From Candidatus Bathyarchaeota archaeon (lineage in GTDB: Archaea; Thermoproteota; Bathyarchaeia; Bathyarchaeales; DTEX01), in assembly GCA_963714275.1 (NCBI GenBank), contig CAVQNT010000002.1:736001-800000 (forward strand): a stretch of 64,000 nucleotides of DNA, read 5' to 3'. A program made the translations under genes and the position numbers. Positions 56,011 to 64,000 of this stretch are shown piece after piece. Numbering within the stretch: position 1 is the first letter of the stretch; each line of letters begins with the position of its first letter. Below the pieces are notes generated by a model. The model was not told where the DNA came from. It saw nothing but the letters and a program-made list of their open reading frames with translations, and did no database searches.

Positions 56011-56655
56011 ATGAATGCGAATGGAGTATCCGTCGTAACAACAACCTGGAATGAACGAGAAAACATTAAACTTCTAATCCAGACCATACAGAACACACTC
56101 AAGAACATGCCACACGAGATCATAGTCGTCGACGACAGCTCAACAGACGGGACTGCGGAGATCGCCGAGAAACTTGCAGATAAAACAATCAGAAAGGCCA
56201 GAGAAGGACAAACGAAAAGCCTACTCCACGGGATGAAGCTAGCAAAATACCCAGTCATAGTTACGATCGACGCTGACTTCGAGAACCCTCCAGAACTCAT
56301 ACCCGAGCTTGTCGAAAAAGCTGAAAAATGCGATATTCTCGTTGCTTCCCGCACAAAGCTGCCCAGAATATCCGAGAAACTAGCGTCCGGAACCTTGGGC
56401 AAACTACTCGGTGTGAAGGATGTTTTCTCAAACTTCCGAGTATACAAGAGGGAAACAATCTCAAGCTTTAATTTAAAAGGCGGAGAAACCTTCGGCGGAG
56501 AACTCATAACAATCGCCAAAAAGAAAGGATTCAAGATAGGCGAAACACTCTATGAATCAATCAGAAGGAAGAATCCCAGAATCGGAGGCACCCTCAAAGC
56601 CAACCTTAGAATTTTCTGGGCACTGGTCGAGTGCCTGGAAATCTACCTCATTTAA
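56011..56655 (+). CDS. GT2 glycosyltransferase (polyprenol-phosphate glycosyltransferase-like)
   Basis: TWNEREN, VVDDSSTDGT, DADFENPPELIP and ASR motifs. Confidence 0.88.
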   Translation: MNANGVSVVTTTWNERENIKLLIQTIQNTLKNMPHEIIVVDDSSTDGTAEIAEKLADKTIRKAREGQTKSLLHGMKLAKYPVIVTIDADFENPPELIPELVEKAEKCDILVASRTKLPRISEKLASGTLGKLLGVKDVFSNFRVYKRETISSFNLKGGETFGGELITIAKKKGFKIGETLYESIRRKNPRIGGTLKANLRIFWALVECLEIYLI

Positions 56656-56769
56656 AAAAAGACATTGGTACAGGAATAACGTGCCCCTCTACTTTTTTTA
56701 AATCATTGCCCCGTTGAGATTCAAAAATTAGCTAAGCTGACTATCATTTTTATTCAGCTATGAAACTGC

Positions 56770-58134
56770 TTGGAAGACCATTATATAATAGAGCAGTTAG
56801 TAATTAAAGGAGATCTATCATTGAACACAACCAGGATTCTTAGACTAATTCAATTTGCCCTCTTTCTGGCAGCTTTATGGTTCATCTATTGGGCGCACAT
56901 TTATGAAATGACTGTTTGGAACAGATCATTTCTAGAGTCTGTGCAAACTTCTATTTTTAATGTTTTGTTATACTTGGTTTCAATACTTGCCATAATATAT
57001 CTTGAAACACGTATGAGGCACATCAGCAAAATCAAGACACTTCATGAACCTATAGCAAAGACTTTGGGAGATCTACAGAGAGAGAATGAACTGATGAAAC
57101 GCGAACTACAAAAATCAAAACAGACAGCCCCTAGAAGGGTCGCAATCGGTTTTCTTGTAAGTGGAGTAATCACGCTTTCAGCCTCTATTGTGACTTCCTC
57201 AACTGTCTTGGCTTTCATAGGATTAGGGTTGACATTATGGGGCGCTTTATTCCTTTATACCAGAACCTCAAGTTCCGTGAAACCCATCTTACTCGATTCC
57301 TCAGTTATCTCCCCTCTTTTAACACTAAATAAGATAATAGCCGACCTAGGGTATGGAGGAAATAGCGTGTACCTCCCTTCAATGTACTTAAAGGAAGTTA
57401 AAGAAGAAACAGTCTTCATCCCATCAAAAAGAGAAAACCTCAGCGGAATATACCTAACCCCGCCTGGTCTAGGCTTAACAAACCTCTTCGAAGAAAAACT
57501 GGGAACAAAATTCGCAAAAGTCGACCTAAACTATCTACAGAGCAACCTGCCAAAACTATTAACTGAAGACCTTGAAATCGCAGACAACCTAGAGTTGAAT
57601 GTGGAAAATGACGTGGTCCACATCAAAATTGAGGGCTCTATTTATGCAGGCATCTGCAGCGGACTTAGAAATTCCACTACCAGCGCATGCCGCTTATTCG
57701 GCTGCCCCTTATGCAGCTCGATAACCTTAGCAATTACGAGATCCATTGGAAAACCTGTCATAATCGAAAACATTGAAACATCAGAAGATGGCAAAACAGT
57801 CAAAACCAACCTCAGACTTCTCGAAACAACTGTAACTAAGGAAGAAACCAAAACCGTAGAAGCTGTTGAGACACGTCCAAGAAATAATCTCCCATATATT
57901 GTGGGAATAATACTCTCAGTTTTTGGGTCAGCCATCCTGGCTTGGGTTGGTTGGCTAACCTGGCAGGACATGACAGTCTGGGGTAAGGACATCAACCTTA
58001 TACTCTTTGGCTCTAGAATAGGAGAAATCATAGATTTAGGAATAGGAATGAAACTAATTTACTACCTTCTAATAGGATTATTATTATTTATACTAGGATT
58101 AATCCTATTTTTCCAGAAGCGAAGAAAGACCTAA
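56770..58134 (+). CDS. multi-domain membrane protein (TM pair, coiled-coil, TM pair, Cys-motif soluble domain, TM pair)
   Basis: Hydrophobic segments; LTPPGLGL and C..FGCPLCS motifs. Confidence 0.75.
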   Translation: MEDHYIIEQLVIKGDLSLNTTRILRLIQFALFLAALWFIYWAHIYEMTVWNRSFLESVQTSIFNVLLYLVSILAIIYLETRMRHISKIKTLHEPIAKTLGDLQRENELMKRELQKSKQTAPRRVAIGFLVSGVITLSASIVTSSTVLAFIGLGLTLWGALFLYTRTSSSVKPILLDSSVISPLLTLNKIIADLGYGGNSVYLPSMYLKEVKEETVFIPSKRENLSGIYLTPPGLGLTNLFEEKLGTKFAKVDLNYLQSNLPKLLTEDLEIADNLELNVENDVVHIKIEGSIYAGICSGLRNSTTSACRLFGCPLCSSITLAITRSIGKPVIIENIETSEDGKTVKTNLRLLETTVTKEETKTVEAVETRPRNNLPYIVGIILSVFGSAILAWVGWLTWQDMTVWGKDINLILFGSRIGEIIDLGIGMKLIYYLLIGLLLFILGLILFFQKRRKT

Positions 58135-58490
58135 GTATTATCATATAACCTTTTAGGATAAAATATTGATTGATAAATAAACTGACAAATTGTAGAGAAC
58201 AACATCAACTACTCAATATCATATATATTATATTTTTTAGGTACATCCACTTTTTGAGAAGTTTAAATAGGCTAGAGCTAATTAAACCTTATAGCAAATA
58301 AGCAGAATTTGAGAAATTGAATCCATGATACTTGTCACCTTCATCTGTTATACATCCAATTCAAGTATTCACTTGTTGAAAGGAAGTTTTTTACTGTCAT
58401 CTGATTCGCTAGTAGCTAAACTACTGATACATAAGGCTTATATAAAAAAATAATAGCTCAGCTTGCGCACGCTAAATAGGGAGTCTCCGC

Positions 58491-60488
58491 ATGCATGTTT
58501 GGAAGTATTTTCTCTTTTTAGTTGCCTTCATTGTAGTATTATCTCATCAAGTGTTCGTGAATGCAGAAACAGATACTACGCCACCACAGTTAGAAATTGA
58601 CTGGCCTAGAAATTATTACAACGTACCAAGTTCAACAATAGTTATCAATGGAAGGGTGTATGATGAAAGTGGAATTCAGAAAGTAACTGTAAATGGTTCA
58701 GTTGTTGAAAAATACTGGAAAGAAGGGGTGCATTGCTTCTGGCAGAAGACTGTCAGCCTTGTTGAAGGATCAAACACGATAATTGTTATTGCATACGACA
58801 ATAGCCTAAATAATAATTCAATGGCAGAAGCCATTACTGTAGTTTACAAAGCAACGGATTATGAAGGGCCAACAGTTAGTATAGTTCCTACTACAAGTCA
58901 ACCAGCAAACAATGCCACCATTAAGTGTTTAGTGAATCCCAACGGATTATCCACTGAAGTTTACCTTACTGCAAGTTATTCCTCATGGGAGGATGCTCCC
59001 TTTAATTGGGGATATTTAGTTGGGTATTATTCTGGAACTGGGAACATCACTGTGAGTTTCACTTTCCCAGAAGAGGACCAACTAAGTGTAGGGGAGACAG
59101 TCTCGTATTTGTTTACTGTTCAAAATAACAAGGGTTCAACTCGATCTGAAATAGGTACATTTACAGTCTCTCAATCAATTTTTATACCTGACACAGAACC
59201 TCCATGGCTGATATTTTGGCCATGGAATTCTTGTAATGTGCCAAATTCGACTATCATAATTTGGGGGGAAGCTTATGATGCAAGCGGAATTCTCAATGTA
59301 ACCGTGAATGGAGAACTTGCCACTGGTTTGTTCTATGAAAACTGGTTCTATTGGCAAAAGGCCATCAATCTAACTGAAGGACCAAATACAATAACTGCAA
59401 AGGCGTATGATAATAGTTCTAATCGATTTGATGCTGAGAATACTATTACAATAAACTATCAGCCGTCTGGGTATCAAGGTCCTACAATCAGATTGCTACC
59501 TCCTGTGAATGTTACATCAACCTCAGGTACTATCTGCTGTGTTATTAATCCAAAGGGACTTCAAAGCGAGGTTTACTTATGTTACAGTGACTCTTCTTTT
59601 GAGAATGCGCCTTTTCTATATGGAATATCGCTTGGGCATCAATACTCAGGAGAAGATGATATCATAATTAACTATCATTTTGATAGTTTACCTTCGAGTG
59701 GGTCAATTTCTTACTGGTTTCAAACGTTCAATGATAAAGGTTATGCTTCTACAGAAGTTGCATTACTAAACCTAAAAGGTGTTGTACTCATTGATCCAAC
59801 AGACATAACTGCTGATTCTATGAAGCTGGTCTGGACAAAGAACAATGATGATGATTTTTATTCTTATGAAGTTTATCAATCAAATTCACCCGAAATACTT
59901 GGAACAAAAATATTCGACACAAACGATAGATTGGTAACATCCAAGAGCATTACAGGTTTGTCAGCTAACACTACATACTATTTCATTGTAAGAGTTGTGG
60001 ATGTAGGTGGGGCAGCAAGTGATTCTAACCAAATTAATGCTAGAACGAAAATTCCAATAACAATCTCGTGTTCTGTGTCATCTCATGATATTGACGATGG
60101 CCTTTCTATCTCTGTTTCAGGAGCCATTAACCCAGCTATTCCAGAAAAGAGTATCACATTAACCTACAGAAAACCTGACGGTTCAATATTGAATAGAACT
60201 GTTACTACAGGTTCAGATGGTAGCTACAGTGACTCCTATCAACCGAATGTAGTTGGCTCTTGGAGCGTAGAAGCTTCTTGGAAAGGTGATGATAGACGCG
60301 AAGGTGCATCCAGCTTGTCTCAATCATTTATTATTAAACCTGTCATAAAAAGCTTCATAGAGACTCCAATAGGAATAGCAACAATAATTGGCATAGTTGC
60401 TTTAATAATTATAACCCTGATTATTATTAAAAAGAACACCATTCAAATTCCAGCTAGCTTAGAACTAATCACACAAAAGTCTCTGTAG
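58491..60488 (+). CDS. cell-surface protein with Ig-like and FN3 domains and a C-terminal TM anchor
   Basis: Signal peptide, duplicated DT.PP...EG.NTI...AYDNS modules, FN3 (GLSANTTYYFIVRVVD), TYRKPDG...GSWSVEASW, and a TM followed by KK. Confidence 0.82.
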   Translation: MHVWKYFLFLVAFIVVLSHQVFVNAETDTTPPQLEIDWPRNYYNVPSSTIVINGRVYDESGIQKVTVNGSVVEKYWKEGVHCFWQKTVSLVEGSNTIIVIAYDNSLNNNSMAEAITVVYKATDYEGPTVSIVPTTSQPANNATIKCLVNPNGLSTEVYLTASYSSWEDAPFNWGYLVGYYSGTGNITVSFTFPEEDQLSVGETVSYLFTVQNNKGSTRSEIGTFTVSQSIFIPDTEPPWLIFWPWNSCNVPNSTIIIWGEAYDASGILNVTVNGELATGLFYENWFYWQKAINLTEGPNTITAKAYDNSSNRFDAENTITINYQPSGYQGPTIRLLPPVNVTSTSGTICCVINPKGLQSEVYLCYSDSSFENAPFLYGISLGHQYSGEDDIIINYHFDSLPSSGSISYWFQTFNDKGYASTEVALLNLKGVVLIDPTDITADSMKLVWTKNNDDDFYSYEVYQSNSPEILGTKIFDTNDRLVTSKSITGLSANTTYYFIVRVVDVGGAASDSNQINARTKIPITISCSVSSHDIDDGLSISVSGAINPAIPEKSITLTYRKPDGSILNRTVTTGSDGSYSDSYQPNVVGSWSVEASWKGDDRREGASSLSQSFIIKPVIKSFIETPIGIATIIGIVALIIITLIIIKKNTIQIPASLELITQKSL

Positions 60489-60775
60489 AATTGCATTCAA
60501 TTATCTCAGAATTCTTTGTCAGGTTGTATAACATTCAGCTTTGAATTTTTCAAAATTCCTTATTATTTCAAGATCTTTTCCTGTACAATGAGGCCAGCAT
60601 ATTTTGGGGTGTTCTTCCTTGAAATATGTCTACATAGCGGTCTGGTACTCCTTCAGTGCCATTTGCGTAGTATTTGTAATCTTTAACCATTTATGTAAAA
60701 AACAGTTTCTACGTCCGAACCACACTTTCATGATTCGTAAATACTTGTATCTCAACATTATGATTTGGAACCACA

Positions 60776-61204
60776 ATGAGTCCTCAATCAGAATTATTGA
60801 TGTTAGTCGGCATGAACGCCTTCATAGGACTCTTTCTTATATCTATATACAAGAAAACAAGCCTCAAAATCCAATTAACATATTTAATAGCTGAGGTTTT
60901 AGGATACCTTCTAGCCAAAGACGTAATATTCATTTATTTATCTCAAGATATTCAAATTTGGCTCTCGACAATTTATCTATCCCTTGCTTTTGTTAGCGTT
61001 CTGCATTTTTTCATGCCTAGCAAGGTTAATATCATGTTTAATAAGGTCAATTTTAAACAGCACATTAACCTCCCCACTCAAATGGAAACTAAACAAAAAA
61101 AAGTTAATCTTGACACACAATTGAATAAAAAACAAAACATACAGGACATAACTTTGGACTCCCTATTTGAAGACGCTCAAAGATTACTAGTAGAAGCCCA
61201 ATAA
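60776..61204 (+). CDS. hypothetical membrane protein
   Basis: Three hydrophobic segments and a polar C-terminal tail. Confidence 0.5.
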   Translation: MSPQSELLMLVGMNAFIGLFLISIYKKTSLKIQLTYLIAEVLGYLLAKDVIFIYLSQDIQIWLSTIYLSLAFVSVLHFFMPSKVNIMFNKVNFKQHINLPTQMETKQKKVNLDTQLNKKQNIQDITLDSLFEDAQRLLVEAQ

Positions 61205-61448
61205 CAACAAAAAAATCCATCTAAACAACATCTTCAATATTAAGTCTTTAGACCAAGTCCACCATTGAATGCAAAGTTTTACCAAAAAATTCAATGTTTA
61301 TTAACAAAGCTCAGCTAGCTCTTAATAAAAAAGCAAAAAATTGGGTAACATTTTTAGGCATATGAATCCTGCCCCAAAACCGCAATAGAACTTCTTGACT
61401 CAAACAAGCTTTGTTAGAAATCGCCTTAAAGGAAAGGTGCGATTCAAA

Positions 61449-61781
61449 ATGGAAATAGAGAACAACAAGGGATACCGCAGCAGACTGGATATCATTAAAG
61501 ACATCCTAAAGGTCACGGAGAACGCTGGAGCGTACGGAGCTAAAAAAACTCACATAATGTACGGAGCTAACCTGAGCTACAGACTCCTTACGAAGTACTT
61601 GCAAGAAATCCTGACCGCAGAGCTCATATACCAAGGCGAATCCTGCTACATCATCACACAGAAAGGAAAGGAATATCTAGGAAACTACGAAAAATACGAA
61701 GAAAACCGCACACAAACCGAAGACCGCATAAACAACCTAAATTATAACAGGAAAACACTTGAAAAAATGTTAACTCAGTAA
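61449..61781 (+). CDS. ArnR1-like winged-HTH regulator with C-terminal coiled-coil, paralog B'
   Basis: GYRSRLDIIKDIL...GAKKTHIMYGANLSYRLLTKYL...YIITQKG, closely resembling 16955-17315. Confidence 0.9.
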   Translation: MEIENNKGYRSRLDIIKDILKVTENAGAYGAKKTHIMYGANLSYRLLTKYLQEILTAELIYQGESCYIITQKGKEYLGNYEKYEENRTQTEDRINNLNYNRKTLEKMLTQ

Positions 61782-62366
61782 TTAACTTCAAGTTGAGGAC
61801 AAAGATGAATCTTTCGATACCAAAAAACCAACGTTAAAATGTACTGTACTACACAAAAACTGGTCCAAGTACACACACTGCAAAACCTAGTAGTTAGCGT
61901 CGACTCATGTAATTTCTGAATAATCTTTTTGAATAATAACGGCTATGGCAGCAATCTTCGGAACCCTCGCATTAAACACTGCAAGAAGACGCCACAATTT
62001 TGTCAAACATGCCCGTTAAGATCACTGCTCAACTAATACTTTCTGGAAAGAATACAACAAAAAGTGATAAAAAGTGACAAAAAACAACCAATTTAAACCA
62101 CCAAACTTAAGAAATAATCCCGTAAAAGTTTATTAAAAATACCAAATTATACAACCCAAATAATAACAATTACTAATAACATCACAGTTAAATTCTTCTT
62201 CTGTATCAGCTGACTGTTCTGTTAGTTCAAGAATACTGGCGGCAGCCTGATACCTAATGGAAAAAATGAACCGAACAAAACATAATCAATGTAAACATCT
62301 TATGCAGCTAAAATTAACCAAAAAAATCGCCTATTCTAAAATAATAACTCTTCTGGTGCATTCCTA

Positions 62367-63395
62367 ATGAGAGTAGATAGCAAGGTTTTAGGAGGTTTCC
62401 TGATAGCATCCATTTCAGTTTCGAGTCTAGCCACGATTTTTCCTCCATATAATCACACAGTTAACCGTTCAGAGGGTTACCTCTTTACCTTTGCCCAAAT
62501 CACAGATACTCATGTCTCAGGGTCAAGCCTGATTTTTGATAATACTACTTTGTGGTTAGCTCAAAAAGGGAACGTCTCATTCGTCGTTCATACGGGAGAC
62601 ATAGTGAACAGTCCGAATGATGAGGAGTCATGGAAAAACTCCTACAATTACATGCATCAATTGGACGGAAAATGTGCTTGGGGTATCCTAGCAGGAGACA
62701 ACGACGTTTCACGTTGGAACCAAGTTGACTTAAGAAACTTCGGAAAATATTTTGGATCAACTTCGTCAGACCAATATTTTATCGTCAAAGATAAGTTGCT
62801 ATTCATACTTTTCAGCTGGATTAACGTGGACGGAAGCATCTCAAAAGAACGGCTCGAATGGATGGACAATATCCTCCAGCTGCACAGTAACCTATCCGCT
62901 GTAATATGTTTGCATCCAACCCTTTTTGGGCTACCAATATTAACAAATATCGTGGGAACCCCTAACGAAGCTGAAATCTGGACTCACATAGACAAACATG
63001 AAAACGTAATCATGATTCTAAGCGGACATGCACATTATAACTGGATACGAGTTCGAGACAACAGAAAAGAGGAAGTCTGGTGTATGAGCACCGAATGGCT
63101 TAATGCCGAAGGTTATGTCCGATTATTCGATGTCTACGAAGACCGAATAGAAGTTTACGCCTATTCTACTTGGAAAGGAAAGAGTTTTACTGGTCCTCTT
63201 GACTGCTTCACAGTTAGCCTGAACTCCAGCCAATATGATTCAGACGGAGATTTCTGGAGCAACGGAATTGATATTATGCCAACGCACCCGATGGTACCAA
63301 ATGTTCTGATTATTCAAGCAACTTTGATAACAGCTATTATAATTTATTGGGCAAAAAAACGAACCATACAGAGGAAAGAAACCGTATCGAACTAA
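62367..63395 (+). CDS. membrane-anchored calcineurin-like metallophosphoesterase
   Basis: DTH, HTGDIV, GDND, H and SGHAH motifs; N-terminal signal; DSDGD repeat; C-terminal TM. Confidence 0.87.
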   Translation: MRVDSKVLGGFLIASISVSSLATIFPPYNHTVNRSEGYLFTFAQITDTHVSGSSLIFDNTTLWLAQKGNVSFVVHTGDIVNSPNDEESWKNSYNYMHQLDGKCAWGILAGDNDVSRWNQVDLRNFGKYFGSTSSDQYFIVKDKLLFILFSWINVDGSISKERLEWMDNILQLHSNLSAVICLHPTLFGLPILTNIVGTPNEAEIWTHIDKHENVIMILSGHAHYNWIRVRDNRKEEVWCMSTEWLNAEGYVRLFDVYEDRIEVYAYSTWKGKSFTGPLDCFTVSLNSSQYDSDGDFWSNGIDIMPTHPMVPNVLIIQATLITAIIIYWAKKRTIQRKETVSN

Positions 63396-63435
63396 AAGTA
63401 GCTCATTTTTAAGATTATAAAATCTACGAGATTTA

Positions 63436-63706
63436 TCAAGCTTCTTTCTTTTCTGGTTCGCTAGGTTCAGATACCTCGAGTTCTTTTTCGAGTTCCTCTA
63501 TCGGTTTAGGTGGTGGCGTTGTAGCCATTGTCCAGCCAATCCAGGCTCCTATTCCTAGTATGCCAAGTATGGCAATGAAGCCAGTTAGGCTTTAAAACAA
63601 GTAAGCTCCAGCCAGGCAAGATGTCAAAGACAAGACAACCGTATACCAATATTCCTGCTACGCAGAGAACAAGAACAACAGCGCCTAATGATTGATCTTT
63701 GCTCAT
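63436..63706 (-). CDS. conserved archaeal two-TM small membrane protein (frameshift near 63590)
   Basis: MSKDQSLGAVVL...LLVLK / LTGFIAILGILGIGAWIGWTMATTPPPKPIEELEKE. Confidence 0.78.
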
Positions 63707-64000
63707 ACATTTTTCTCCACGCCTTGATGTGTATTGTTGAATATTAAAGATTGTGAAGTTCTCCTCAAGTGGTTGGTTCTATCATTCCATTTCTAAATTA
63801 TATTACTAATAATAAACTCGCTTCTCTTAAGCTGTTAATAAAATCATAAAATAACTATGTAATTATTTATCAGAGCGCGCGCAATCAATCTGCCAGTAAT
63901 TTTTTCCCTGATTGATTATTCTGCTTTGCTCATGTTCAGAGCAACAATCAGTCTGTGGCTAGTATAGACTTTGATTAGAAAAAATGAAACCAATAAACAG

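Noticed and set aside
2140-63600. Programmed frameshifting or phase variation as the cause of the many split genes
   Set aside because: Most breaks look like single extra bases outside slippery or homopolymer tracts (for example GCT read as GTCT near 2147 and 38682), and they also hit conserved genes. Long-read consensus error is the simpler explanation.
7239-64000. Provirus or integrative element at tRNA-Ile
   Set aside because: No integrase, capsid, primase or transposase ORF was seen, and no second copy of the tRNA 3' end (attR) was found by eye.
1-64000. CRISPR array, rRNA or DGR
   Set aside because: There are no regularly spaced repeats, no cas or reverse-transcriptase genes and no rRNA-like sequence. 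The duplicated epimerase segments differ at all base types, not only adenines.

Overview
Archaeal chromosomal DNA, most likely Bathyarchaeia. This is inferred from an archaeal proteasome beta subunit, a TATA-driven tRNA-Ile without encoded CCA, DUF1616/DUF2206 genes and many ArnR1-like wHTH proteins; no database search was run. Bases 1-7.3 kb are housekeeping genes: ROK kinase, nitroreductase, P-type ATPase, HAD hydrolase, psmB and tRNA-Ile(GAU). From the tRNA to about 63.4 kb lies a ~56-kb accessory region dominated by a cell-surface/exopolysaccharide locus. It holds ten glycosyltransferases, a Wzx flippase, DUF2206 and DUF1616 proteins, NDP-sugar enzymes (GME-like epimerase, RfbF, three C-methyltransferases, GalU, GalK-like kinase), two PIG-L deacetylases, a BshC-like ligase, a PaaK/CapK-like ligase and two Thr-linker GH5-type hydrolases, interleaved with five ArnR1-like wHTH paralogs and other small HTH proteins. 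The most notable observation: a small TasA/CalY-like secreted beta-protein (14740-15216) and the antisense GH5-like protein (26096-27473, apparently lacking its nucleophile) share the same post-signal-peptide strand LLxxxSTIGxxGx(V/I)S. This suggests a donor-strand fibre that displays a glycan-binding cap within an archaeal biofilm-matrix locus. The locus also contains many short genuine gene stubs and recurring AGCT/GCGC-rich intergenic motifs. More than 25 single-base frameshifts look like long-read consensus errors, so split ORFs are merged below.
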